From: Clostridia bacterium | GTDB lineage: Bacteria > Bacillota > Clostridia > RGIG6154 | DNA: 64,000 nt | Reading direction: 5' to 3' | NCBI GenBank assembly: GCA_045589295.1 | Contig: JAZNOU010000002.1 | Coordinates: 88,801-152,800 of the forward strand | Shown here: one piece after another, positions 41,876-50,790 of the stretch | Layout of the letters: each line of letters starts with the position of its first letter | Position numbering within the stretch: position 1 is the stretch's first letter | Translations under genes and position numbers: made by a program | The notes under the pieces: generated by a model | The model's database searches: none | Told to the model about the DNA's origin: nothing | Seen by the model: only the letters and a program-made list of their open reading frames with translations

Positions 41876-41986
41876 TTAATGTTGGTTGTTATAATTACAG
41901 CTGTTATGGTATTTTCACACGTGGAAAACAAGACACCGCGAGAGCAAAAAAAAATAGAAATAATTTTGCCTGAGGGAGGTAAGCGT
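41876..41986 (+). CDS. Possible 36-aa single-TM micropeptide (MLVVIITAVMVFSHVENKTPREQKKIEIILPEGGKR); its stop overlaps the next gene's TTG start
   Basis: Short ORF with a hydrophobic helix plus charged tail; below the track's length cut-off; speculative. Confidence 0.2.
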
Positions 41987-42831
41987 TGAAGACGGTAAAA
42001 TATATTGCACTTTTTTTAATGGCAATTTCTGTATTTTGCATGGCGTTTGCTGTGTATGTTTTATATGTGAGGAAAGTCGAGCCAACGAGCGCAAATAAAA
42101 TCGGCAAGGAACTTAACATTTTAATGTATCACAGCATTTTGGATAATTCAAAAAGGGTTGGAAATTATGTTATTACTCCCAGCATGTTTGAAGATGATTT
42201 AAAATATTTAAAAGAAAATGGATATACAACAATTACAACAAAAGATTTGACAGATTATGTAGAAACAGGAAAAGAACTTCCAGAAAAAGCAGTTATTATA
42301 ACCTTTGACGACGGATATTATAATAATTATTCGTATGCATATCCGCTGCTTAAAAAGTATGATATGAAGGGCGTATTGTCGGTAATAGGGTATTATACTG
42401 AGCAATATTCAAAAGAAAGGTCGTTTAATAACAATTATTCACATGTTACATGGAAGATGATTAAGGATATGTCGGACAGCGGAGTGTTTGAAATACAAAA
42501 CCACACATACAATTTGCATAACTTAAACAAAAGAAAGGGAGTGCTTAAACAAAAGAGTGAAACAGACGAAGAATATAAAAAAATGCTTGAAAATGATATA
42601 ATTAAAAATCAAAAATTATTAAAAATTAATTGTGGAATTTCTCCCGTTGCGTTCACCCCGCCATTTGGTGCCATAAATGATGATGCTTTGGGAATTATAA
42701 GAGAATTAGGGTTTAAGGTAACTTATGGTTGCGAAGAAGGAACTAATTATATAACAAGAGATCCTGAGTGTCTTTTTGAATTAAAACGGTATAACAGAAC
42801 TAAAAATTTTGATATATCAAGGATTTTGTAG
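41986..42831 (+). CDS. Polysaccharide deacetylase (NodB-homology, PdaA/PgdA-like) with N-terminal membrane anchor (TTG start)
   Basis: ITFDDGY motif 1 and downstream His motifs of CE4 deacetylases; GGGAGG RBS before TTG 41986. Confidence 0.8.
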   Translation: MKTVKYIALFLMAISVFCMAFAVYVLYVRKVEPTSANKIGKELNILMYHSILDNSKRVGNYVITPSMFEDDLKYLKENGYTTITTKDLTDYVETGKELPEKAVIITFDDGYYNNYSYAYPLLKKYDMKGVLSVIGYYTEQYSKERSFNNNYSHVTWKMIKDMSDSGVFEIQNHTYNLHNLNKRKGVLKQKSETDEEYKKMLENDIIKNQKLLKINCGISPVAFTPPFGAINDDALGIIRELGFKVTYGCEEGTNYITRDPECLFELKRYNRTKNFDISRIL

Positions 42832-42898
42832 CACATTATATACGCTTTGAATAATATGTATTATATGCATTTAAGGGGCGTTGGGGGGACATTTAAAA

Positions 42899-44239
42899 GT
42901 GTGCGAATTTTGTGGGATAGTTTCGGCATTGAGGCCCGAAAGCTCTTACTGGCGAAAAATGTGCGAATATATCATAAAAGGAGGGAAGTCTTTTCAGGAC
43001 AGTGGAATTACCGTTTCCTACAAATGTGATTTTTTTGAAAAAGAAGTAGCAGGCAAAAAATGTTTTGCAGTGTTATGGGGTAATATAAGCAATTATAACA
43101 GACTAAGACAAAGTATGCAGGTTAAAGGGGTAACTTTTGAAACAGAAAAGTGTGCAGAAATTGTACTTAGTACATATCTTGCGTTTGGTAAAAGTGTTTT
43201 AAAAAGCTTTAATGGTGAGTTTGCAGGGGTTATATGGGACGGGTATGAAAAGGAGTTAATTTTATTTCGGGATAAAGTAGGGTTTAAAAGGCTTTTTTAT
43301 TATTTTGATGGGCAAAGAATAGCATTTTCATCAAATATTAAGGAAATTTTTGAATTTCCCTTTGTAAAAAAGGAGCCATCATACGATATTTACTGTAAAC
43401 TTTTCACTTGGTCGGGAAGTATTATTAATTCTGAAACTTTTTTTAATAATATTTATGAAATACAACCTTCGGGGTACCTTTCATATAAATCGGGGAAGTT
43501 AAAAGCTAAAAGTTATTATGTGTTTGATTTTGCAAGTTCTACCGATAGTTTTTGCCAGACTGTTAATGGCTTTGATTATTTTTTAAAGGATACAAATTTT
43601 AGGTTCGGGGATGAAAAATTAATATCAAAATCAACGCTTTATGAAAGAATTTGTAAATATATTTATCAAAACTGTATGCCATCGCCGTATTTGACTTTGA
43701 CAGATTTATCCAATTCAGACAGTAAAGAAAAGATTTGCTCGGATATTAATTTGTTTACAATTCCTAAAAGATTTAAATTGCCCATAAAAGCATGTGAGGA
43801 GGGGGACAGGGAGTTGATAAATGATTTCTTGTCTGAAATACCTCTATTTGAGTATCGGGATGAAAAGGATATAAGCAGGAAAGAGGAATTATATATAAAA
43901 ACTTCAGTGGTGCTTCCAAGTGTTATTGCTGCCAAGAGGTCAGTTAGCCCAAACATCGCTTTTCCCTATCTTGAAGAGAAGTGTTTGGCATATTCAATAA
44001 AAAGTGAAAGATACAGAGAAAGACTTTTGAAAAGCTATTTTTATCATCAAAAATACAAACCACTAAAAAATAATGTGAAAGGTCTTAAGTCACTTTTTTA
44101 CGAAATGATTAAAAATGAGAGCTTTATGTTTGGAATGATTTCCAAAGAAGAAATTTTAAAGTTTACACGCCTTTTTCCGCGACCTGAAACAATGCTATAT
44201 TTAATTCAGGTAGATGTGTGGCTGAATACGTTTATGTAA
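42899..44239 (+). CDS. Class-II glutamine amidotransferase / asparagine-synthetase-B-like protein, truncated and lacking the PP-loop (SGGxDS) synthetase motif (GTG start; alternative TTG 42881)
   Basis: N-terminus (M)CEFCGIVSAL resembles the MCGI Ntn nucleophile; NGEFAGVIWD...LFRDKVGFKRLFYY...FSSNIKEI matches the AsnB GATase domain; no SGGxDS in the C-terminal half. Confidence 0.6.
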   Translation: MCEFCGIVSALRPESSYWRKMCEYIIKGGKSFQDSGITVSYKCDFFEKEVAGKKCFAVLWGNISNYNRLRQSMQVKGVTFETEKCAEIVLSTYLAFGKSVLKSFNGEFAGVIWDGYEKELILFRDKVGFKRLFYYFDGQRIAFSSNIKEIFEFPFVKKEPSYDIYCKLFTWSGSIINSETFFNNIYEIQPSGYLSYKSGKLKAKSYYVFDFASSTDSFCQTVNGFDYFLKDTNFRFGDEKLISKSTLYERICKYIYQNCMPSPYLTLTDLSNSDSKEKICSDINLFTIPKRFKLPIKACEEGDRELINDFLSEIPLFEYRDEKDISRKEELYIKTSVVLPSVIAAKRSVSPNIAFPYLEEKCLAYSIKSERYRERLLKSYFYHQKYKPLKNNVKGLKSLFYEMIKNESFMFGMISKEEILKFTRLFPRPETMLYLIQVDVWLNTFM

Positions 44240-44242
44240 AAA

Positions 44243-44275
44243 AGCGCTATCTTTAAGATAGCGCTTTTAAAATTT
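44243..44275. terminator. Bidirectional terminator (AAAGCGCTATC-ttta-AGATAGCGCTTT) between the AsnB-like gene and the convergent tsf
   Basis: 11-bp perfect inverted repeat flanked by A/T runs. Confidence 0.85.
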
Positions 44276-44282
44276 TTGTTAA

Positions 44283-45170
44283 TTATTTTGCCATTGAAGC
44301 AACTTCAGCTGCAAAATCGTCTTCTTTCTTTTCAAGACCTTCGCCTTTTTCAAATCTTACATAGTCAATGAGTTTAACACCATTTGCTGCAAGATATTTT
44401 TCAACTGATACTTTATCGTCTTTAACGAATTTCTGCTGAAGGAGACAGTTTTCTTCAAAGAATTTGTTGATTTTACCTTCAACCATTTTTTCTAAAATAT
44501 TTTCAGGTTTACCTGCCATTTTAGGATCTTCTTTAATCTGTGCTAAAATAATGTTCTTTTCTTTTTCAACATCTTCTGCTGGAACAACTGATTTATCCAT
44601 ATATAATGGGTTCATAGCAGCAATCTGCATAGCAGCATCTTTTGCAGCAGTAACTGCCTGAGCGTTTGAAAGGTCAGCTTCAACCTTTACCATAACACCG
44701 ATTTTACCACCCATATGAATGTAGTCAACAACGTTTCCTTCAAAACGAGCAAATCTTCTTACATTCATATTTTCACCAATTTTAGCAATTTTTTCTGTTA
44801 AAATATCTTTAACAGTGCTACCATCGATTGTTGAAGCTAAAAGCGCATCAACGTCTGCAGGGTTTTCTTTAATAACCTGTTTAGCAAAGTCTTTAACCAT
44901 ATTAACAAATTCATCGTTTTTAGCAACAAAGTCAGTTTCTGAGTTAACTTCAACGATTGCGCCGACACTACCATCAACAACAATGTCAACTAAGCCTTCT
45001 GCAGCAATTCTTCCGCTCTTTTTAACAGCTTTAGCCATTCCTTTTTCACGAAGAATTTCGATAGCTTTGTCCATATCACCGTCAGCTTCGGTAAGAGCCT
45101 TTTTGCAGTCCATCATACCGCAGCCTGTTTTTTCTCTTAAATCTTTAACATCACTTGCTGTAAATGCCAT
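44283..45170 (-). CDS. tsf: Elongation factor Ts
   Basis: MAFTASDVKDLREKTGCGMMDCKKAL N-terminus (UBA-like) and EF-Ts dimerisation domains; start at the ATG giving MAF..., not the longer track ORF. Confidence 0.93.
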   Translation of the reverse strand: MAFTASDVKDLREKTGCGMMDCKKALTEADGDMDKAIEILREKGMAKAVKKSGRIAAEGLVDIVVDGSVGAIVEVNSETDFVAKNDEFVNMVKDFAKQVIKENPADVDALLASTIDGSTVKDILTEKIAKIGENMNVRRFARFEGNVVDYIHMGGKIGVMVKVEADLSNAQAVTAAKDAAMQIAAMNPLYMDKSVVPAEDVEKEKNIILAQIKEDPKMAGKPENILEKMVEGKINKFFEENCLLQQKFVKDDKVSVEKYLAANGVKLIDYVRFEKGEGLEKKEDDFAAEVASMAK

Positions 45171-45249
45171 AATAACATCTTCCTTTCGTATATTGATAAG
45201 CGGTCTTTCAATTCTGTTACCAAAAGACCGCCCCAAAGTTTAAATTAAA

Positions 45250-45981
45250 TTATTCCTGAACAGCAGCTTCTGCGTCATCTTCAGCAACGCTGTATGATTC
45301 GCCCTGTCTGCCTTCCAAAATTGCATTTGCGATTGTAGAAGCGATAAGTTTTACTGCTCTGATAGCGTCATCGTTACCAGGGATAGGATAATCAACTTCT
45401 TCAGGATCGCAGTTTGTGTCAACGATAGCAACAACCGGAATGCCAAGCTTGTGAGCTTCAGCAATTGCGATTTTTTCTTTCTTAGGATCAACAACAAACA
45501 TAGCAGCTGGAATTTCTTTCATATCTTTAATACCGCCAAGGTATTTTTCAAGTTTTTCAGCTTCGTTGTTGAGATTTGAAACTTCTTTCTTAGGGAGAAG
45601 GTCAAATACGCCGTCTTCTTCCATTTTCTTAAGCTGTTTTAATCTTTCGATTCTCTTTTTGATTGTACCAAAGTTTGTAAGCATACCGCCGAGCCATCTA
45701 GCGTTAACATAATACATGCCAACTCTTTCAGCTTCTTCTTTGATTGATTCCTGAGCCTGCTTTTTAGTACCAACAAAAAGTACTTCACCGCCATCTGCAG
45801 CGATGTCTCTTACAAAAGAGTAAGCTTCTTCAACTTTTTTTGCAGTCTTCTGCAAGTCAATGATATAAATACCATTTCTTTCAGCAAAGATATACTCTGC
45901 CATTTTTGGGTTCCATCTTCTTGTCTGGTGACCGAAGTGAACGCCTGCTTCTAACAATTGTTTCATAGAAATAACTGCCAT
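45250..45981 (-). CDS. rpsB: 30S ribosomal protein S2
   Basis: [27 protein letters not shown] canonical S2 N-terminus; the longer track ORF (to 46101) is 5'UTR read-through. Confidence 0.93.
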   Translation of the reverse strand: MAVISMKQLLEAGVHFGHQTRRWNPKMAEYIFAERNGIYIIDLQKTAKKVEEAYSFVRDIAADGGEVLFVGTKKQAQESIKEEAERVGMYYVNARWLGGMLTNFGTIKKRIERLKQLKKMEEDGVFDLLPKKEVSNLNNEAEKLEKYLGGIKDMKEIPAAMFVVDPKKEKIAIAEAHKLGIPVVAIVDTNCDPEEVDYPIPGNDDAIRAVKLIASTIANAILEGRQGESYSVAEDDAEAAVQE

Positions 45982-46039
45982 TTTTACTACACCTCCGTGG
46001 TTTTTTCCTCCGCTTTTTTGTGTATTTCCGGAAGCCTTA

Positions 46040-46072
46040 TTCAAAGGACCACAACCGGCAAAAAAAGCGTGC
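46040..46072 (-). promoter_or_regulatory. Strong sigma-A promoter for rpsB-tsf on the minus strand (TTGCAC-17-TGgTATACT), followed by a leader of about 70 nt
   Basis: Read on the reverse complement; the leader may carry an S2-autoregulatory structure. Confidence 0.5.
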
Positions 46073-46175
46073 GTATTTTTTCCGCCCAAATAGTATACCA
46101 CAATTTGTAAGAAAGTGCAAGCTTTTTTTGAAAAAATTTAAAAATGCGAAAACCAAATCGGTTTTCGCATTAAAT

Positions 46176-47159
46176 TCAACCTAAAAGGTAGGATGAGATT
46201 GACTGATAAGTTTTGTCCATTTTTTCAAAATCCATTGCACTTATGTATATCTGTTCAATTTTTTTGTGATGTGTTTTTGCATCACTAAGGCTTTTAATTG
46301 CAAGGTTTAAAAGTTCTTTTATATGTTCGTTGTTATGAGAAGGAGTTTCAAAATGTATTGTTTCGTAAGTTCTGTCAAAGCTGTGAAATTCGTTTTTTGT
46401 TGTGAAACTTAAAGAAAGCTCTTTTATGACAAGATGTTCTGCCTTTTCGTTTGGAAACATGGGACAAAAGAAAAGTTCGGTGTCATAACCTGATATATTA
46501 GCAGAGAAATTAAGTTGTTTTAAAATGTCAGAAGTGTTTGGGCTTTCTTTGATACCTATTATGCGTCCCACTAAAATATCTTCAAGAAAATTTACGTTAC
46601 CGTCGGGAGTTATGCCTGATGCGAAAAACTTTCTTGTTTTACCGACACTATCTTTGTGTGGAAAATTGAATTTACGGCATATATTTTTTATGTCATATAA
46701 ATTTGAAGATTTGTTGGGATAAAGAGTCTGCGCCGCAGCTAAGTATCTGTAGCAGTTGTTAAAATTCTCCTTTTTTAAAGAAATGAGGTGCATTATTTCA
46801 TCTTTGTGAGGAATAAGTAATTCTTCGTTCCAAAAGTCAGCAATGTTATAAATTTTGCCGGATATTCCAGGCATCAATGGGTCCTGGGTATGAGGTGACG
46901 TTGCATCTACAATTACCGCCCTTTTATCGGGTATTCTTACTCCATCTAAAGAGTTTGGGTCGGATGAACAAAAAAATGCTTCTGTTTCAAAACCCAGGGT
47001 TTGGGCATCTTTCAAAATTTTTTTCATTAAAGTAGATTTGCCTGTGCCGCTTCCACCTTTTATAAACACGACTTTGTTGTCATCTTTTTCATCATAAACA
47101 GAGTCAAAGCGGCTGAAAAATCCTTGGGGAGTATTGGCAGCAGGGAAAAACTTACGCAT
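46176..47159 (-). CDS. Uncharacterised P-loop NTPase/kinase-like protein (Walker A GGSGTGKST, Walker B-like VIVDA), co-transcribed with spoIIID
   Basis: 327 aa; its start overlaps the spoIIID stop by 8 nt; no family assignment possible from sequence alone. Confidence 0.7.
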   Translation of the reverse strand: MRKFFPAANTPQGFFSRFDSVYDEKDDNKVVFIKGGSGTGKSTLMKKILKDAQTLGFETEAFFCSSDPNSLDGVRIPDKRAVIVDATSPHTQDPLMPGISGKIYNIADFWNEELLIPHKDEIMHLISLKKENFNNCYRYLAAAQTLYPNKSSNLYDIKNICRKFNFPHKDSVGKTRKFFASGITPDGNVNFLEDILVGRIIGIKESPNTSDILKQLNFSANISGYDTELFFCPMFPNEKAEHLVIKELSLSFTTKNEFHSFDRTYETIHFETPSHNNEHIKELLNLAIKSLSDAKTHHKKIEQIYISAMDFEKMDKTYQSISSYLLG

Positions 47160-47418
47160 TTTTTACCTCCTTTTGTTTCAAATACTTGTTTTTGGTTGCA
47201 ATTCCGCCCCTTAAGTGCCTTTCTGCCTTGTTGATTGCAAGAATCGGTTGAACGTCATAAAAAAGCGCACGGTTTATATAATAAAGCCGCTCCGTGACAT
47301 CTTTATGTACAGTAGATTTAGAAACGCCGAAGTGTTTTGCTGCAGCGCGGACTGTTGCTTTTTTATCTATAATGTATTGAGCGATAGTAACGGTTCTTTC
47401 TTCGATATCCGAATTCAT
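47152..47418 (-). CDS. spoIIID: Stage III sporulation protein D (SpoIIID), small HTH transcription factor
   Basis: 88 aa; IEERTVTIAQYII..KATVRAAAKHFGVSKSTVHKDVTERL...RHLRGGIATK closely matches B. subtilis SpoIIID. Confidence 0.9.
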   Translation of the reverse strand: MNSDIEERTVTIAQYIIDKKATVRAAAKHFGVSKSTVHKDVTERLYYINRALFYDVQPILAINKAERHLRGGIATKNKYLKQKEVKNA

Positions 47419-47528
47419 AAAAAACGCCCCTTGCTTTTATATATTCCTTTAAAATATATGAAAGCGAAGGGGAGTTAATTACTGTATTTGTAAGGTTAAA
47501 TTTTTCAAGTTCTTTTATACTCTTATAG

Positions 47529-48503
47529 CTAATATGCAGAATTGATTTCCTTTAATAATTTTTTAAGGTCCTCTATTACATTTTCGGGTGAGATGATTTT
47601 AGCTTTATTGCCAAAACTCATTACCCAAGCCAGGAACTGAGGGCTTACTGCTACGTTTACGTTGCAGGTAAAGTGGCTTTCGTCTGATTTTATTATTGAA
47701 ATGTCAGTGCCGAATTTATCAAAAACTACACCTACGAGTGAGTTGTCAAATTCTATTTTAATTTTTGTTTCTTCACCGCCAAACATTGAAAATACTGATT
47801 TTGCGTATGCTGAAAGGTCAAAATCTTCAGGAGGCATAGTTCTTTTTTCTTCAGTTATGGTTATTGCATCCATTTTATCCACGCGGTAGTGAGTAAAGTG
47901 ACCGTACTTTTCCTTGTATGTAATAAGGTAGTAATTTTCGTCATCCCAGGTGAGTGAAATGGGGGATTCAATATATTTTTCACCGTTTTTTCGGTATTCT
48001 TTCTCCTTGTTTATATTAAGGTTAAAATATTTAAATGATATTTGTCGGTCGTTTGCAATCGCATCGTAAATTTTGTCTACATTGTAGTATATTTGTTCAT
48101 TGTATGCTTTTACTCTGTTAGTAACAACGACCTGTCGGTGGAGTTTTTTTGCATTTTCATGGCTTGTAAGTTTTTCTATTTTTGAAATAAGTTCCATGCT
48201 TTTTTTATGTGTAATAAATTTTGAAGACTGAACGCTGTCAACCAAAAGTTTAAGCTCAGGGAGTTCAAAATCTCTGCTGCCTATAAAATAGTCGTGGGTT
48301 TTAGTTTTTCTTGAACAGATGTCAAGACCAAAAAGGCGGAGTTGTTCTAAATCATCATACACACTTTTGCGTTCTGCTTTAATTCCATATCTTTCAAGCT
48401 CTGAAATTATTTGCGGTACAGTTAGTGTGTGGTCATCATCTGTTTTTTCTAACAGAAGCTGAGCCATATATAAAAGTTTTAATTTTTGTCCTGAAGATTT
48501 CAT
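47529..48503 (-). CDS. WYL-domain transcriptional regulator (N-terminal wHTH, WYL, C-terminal WCX-like)
   Basis: 324 aa; HTH_11-like N-terminus; WYL-type segment NYYLITYKEKYGHFTHYRVDKM. Confidence 0.75.
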   Translation of the reverse strand: MKSSGQKLKLLYMAQLLLEKTDDDHTLTVPQIISELERYGIKAERKSVYDDLEQLRLFGLDICSRKTKTHDYFIGSRDFELPELKLLVDSVQSSKFITHKKSMELISKIEKLTSHENAKKLHRQVVVTNRVKAYNEQIYYNVDKIYDAIANDRQISFKYFNLNINKEKEYRKNGEKYIESPISLTWDDENYYLITYKEKYGHFTHYRVDKMDAITITEEKRTMPPEDFDLSAYAKSVFSMFGGEETKIKIEFDNSLVGVVFDKFGTDISIIKSDESHFTCNVNVAVSPQFLAWVMSFGNKAKIISPENVIEDLKKLLKEINSAY

Positions 48504-48577
48504 AATAACACCTCACAGTATTGTCGAAATAAGTATATCATTGTTTGAGTTTTTGTGCAATATAAAAACTTGCGCAT

Positions 48578-49876
48578 TTAACGCAAGTTTTTAATGGACG
48601 GGCCATTTATAAGTGTTCCGTTTTTTTCAAATCTTGAACCGTGGCAAGGACAATCCCATGAATGTTCGGTATGATTCCATTTAAGTGCGCATCCTAAGTG
48701 AGGGCATCTGGGAGCAGTTGGGGTTAAAAGATTTTTTGCTGATTCAAGTCCATTTACAAAAAGCTGTGGCTTTAATATGTTTCTGTCAGGTGCAAAAATT
48801 TCATGGTATTTACTTTTCTTTTCTGTTATCATATCACACAGAATTTTTGCGGCAACCATGGATGATGTCATACCCCACTTATTAAACCCTGTTGCAACGT
48901 ATAAATCGGGGGTGTTTTTAGAATAGTTTCCGATATAAGGGACATTGTCTAAACTCATACAGTCCTGAGTTGACCAGGTATATTTTAACTGGGCGGTAGG
49001 GTAATGCTTTTCTGTTAACCGTGTTATTGCCTGCCAGTTTTCACCATACTTACCAGTTCTGTGACTTCCACCGCCTAATATAAGCAGATTATTGTGAAAA
49101 CTAAGTGATAAGCCTTTTAAATCCTCATCAACGTACATTCCTTTTAAATTAGGTGAATTTTCAAAAGCACTTACGTAGCTTCTGTGTTGGTATAACTTCA
49201 GAAAATAGCTTCCGTGCTTGTTTATAAAAGGAAAGTGGGTGGCAACAATTATTTTTTTTGCCGTGATTTTTGCCTTATCTGAAATTGCGCAATGTGATTT
49301 TATTTCGCGGATAAAAGTGTTTTCGTATATTTTTAAGTTTTTTGCGAGTTTCTTAATAAGTTCAAGAGGATTAAACTGTGCTTGATTTTTATAGCATATG
49401 CCACCTACCGTTTTAAAAGGAAGCTCGCTGCAATCTGAAAATTCTGCAGGAAATCCCAAAGATTGAACTGCCCTGATTTCGTCTTCTATTTTCCATCTGT
49501 TTAAAGTTGAATAAGTGTAAGAACTTTTAGTTTCAAATCCTGAGTTTATATCTGCACACAGTTTTTCGTATTGCAAAAGTGCATCCTTGTTGGCATTAAG
49601 GTACATAAGGGCTTTTTCTTTGCCGAAATCTTTTATAAGTTTACTGTAGATAAGCCCATGACCAAATGTGATTTTGGCAGTGGTGTTTTTGGTAGTGCCT
49701 GAGGCAATACGATTTGCTTCTGTTAAAACACAATCTACTCCTGCCTCAGACAAAAGGTGTGCACATAATATTCCGCAAAGACCTCCGCCGATAATCAAAA
49801 CATCAGTTTTTATATCTTCTTTAAGTTCTTCAAATTTAGGTAAGTCAGTTATATCTGACCATAGTGATTTGTTCAT
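48578..49876 (-). CDS. FAD-dependent oxidoreductase (DAO family) fused to a C-terminal Rieske [2Fe-2S] domain (YhfW-like)
   Basis: N-terminal GGGLCGILCA dinucleotide fold; C-terminal CPHLGC...CPCHGS Rieske motifs. Confidence 0.82.
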   Translation of the reverse strand: MNKSLWSDITDLPKFEELKEDIKTDVLIIGGGLCGILCAHLLSEAGVDCVLTEANRIASGTTKNTTAKITFGHGLIYSKLIKDFGKEKALMYLNANKDALLQYEKLCADINSGFETKSSYTYSTLNRWKIEDEIRAVQSLGFPAEFSDCSELPFKTVGGICYKNQAQFNPLELIKKLAKNLKIYENTFIREIKSHCAISDKAKITAKKIIVATHFPFINKHGSYFLKLYQHRSYVSAFENSPNLKGMYVDEDLKGLSLSFHNNLLILGGGSHRTGKYGENWQAITRLTEKHYPTAQLKYTWSTQDCMSLDNVPYIGNYSKNTPDLYVATGFNKWGMTSSMVAAKILCDMITEKKSKYHEIFAPDRNILKPQLFVNGLESAKNLLTPTAPRCPHLGCALKWNHTEHSWDCPCHGSRFEKNGTLINGPSIKNLR

Positions 49877-50035
49877 TTTAGTCCTCCCTTTATATAGGAA
49901 TAATATACCCGTTTTTTAGGAAAAATAAAAAAATTTTTAAAAAAGTGGAACTTTTTGTAAAGGTGATAGTCTAAGCACTGTAACCAATAAGGAGTTACCA
50001 AAATAATTTATCTTATAAATGGAGGAAAAAAGAAG

Positions 50036-50737
50036 ATGAACATTAAAAAAAGAATTTTAGCTTTAGTTGCTGCAGTGACAGTGCTTGCAAGTTTTGCGGC
50101 AGTAGCAGAGGAAACAAACGATGTAATGCTTATTTCAGAAGACGTAGCAGTTGAAGAAACTGTGCCGGTTAACGGTATGACTCTCTGGGGTGTTGAAGTT
50201 GAAGTGTTGGATGACATCACAATGATGCCTCTTCGCGAAGTTGCAGAAGGTTTTGGTTATACAGTAGAGTGGAATGACGAAGATTGGTCAATTGCTCTTT
50301 ACAAAGGTGCAGTTTACATAACAATGGAAATTGGCGAAGATGCTTATGCTTTCTCACGTATGACTCACAGACCGCTTGGTAAAGCACCTACACTCATCGA
50401 CGACAAAACTTTTGTTCCGATTTCATTTGTAGAAGAAATGCTTGGCGGATATGCAGTAGCTGAAGAAGAGGGAACATACAAATTCGTAAGCCCTTCAATC
50501 GTTACAGTTAAAGAGTTCACAGAGGAAGGTTCAATCCTTGTTGAAGACGAAATGCGTGGCGAAGTAATCGTTCACATTGGCGAAGAAACAAAAATCTTTG
50601 CAGGCGAAAAAGAAGTAGCTAAAGAAGAAATTAAAGAAGGTATGCTCTTAGGTGTTGAATACGGTATGGCTATGACAATGAGCATTCCGGCTCAAACAAC
50701 TGCAGAAAGAATTATAATTTTAAACGTAACAGAATAA
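50036..50737 (+). CDS. Secreted protein with signal peptide and copper-amine-oxidase-N-terminal-like (stalk) domain; acidic, highly expressed codon usage
   Basis: Signal peptide MNIKKRILALVAAVTVLASFAAVA; GGAGGA RBS; domain assignment tentative. Confidence 0.6.
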   Translation: MNIKKRILALVAAVTVLASFAAVAEETNDVMLISEDVAVEETVPVNGMTLWGVEVEVLDDITMMPLREVAEGFGYTVEWNDEDWSIALYKGAVYITMEIGEDAYAFSRMTHRPLGKAPTLIDDKTFVPISFVEEMLGGYAVAEEEGTYKFVSPSIVTVKEFTEEGSILVEDEMRGEVIVHIGEETKIFAGEKEVAKEEIKEGMLLGVEYGMAMTMSIPAQTTAERIIILNVTE

Positions 50738-50754
50738 TATAGAAATTTTCATAA

Positions 50755-50790
50755 AAAAAGACGGTGCTAAAAGCATCGTCTTTTTTACTA
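50755..50790. terminator. Bidirectional terminator (AAAGACGGTGCT-aaaa-GCATCGTCTTT flanked by A/T runs)
   Basis: Inverted repeat read directly; serves the convergent transcripts. Confidence 0.8.

Noticed and set aside
42847-43029. 60-aa ORF in an alternative frame over the start of the AsnB-like gene
   Set aside because: It is out of frame with the strongly homologous GATase domain and is low-complexity.
47419-47528. Sigma-E promoter (ATATT ... CATACA-T) upstream of spoIIID
   Set aside because: The AT-rich region has sigma-E-like fragments (TCATATA ... AATATATA). Spacing and -10 match are too poor to call from sequence alone.
47529-48503. WYL regulator as the marker of an anti-phage defence island
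   Set aside because: The neighbours are a redox enzyme, spoIIID and ribosomal genes. No nucleases, ATPase/helicase pairs, methyltransferases or cyclases of known defence systems are adjacent. Retained only as a low-to-medium interest pairing.
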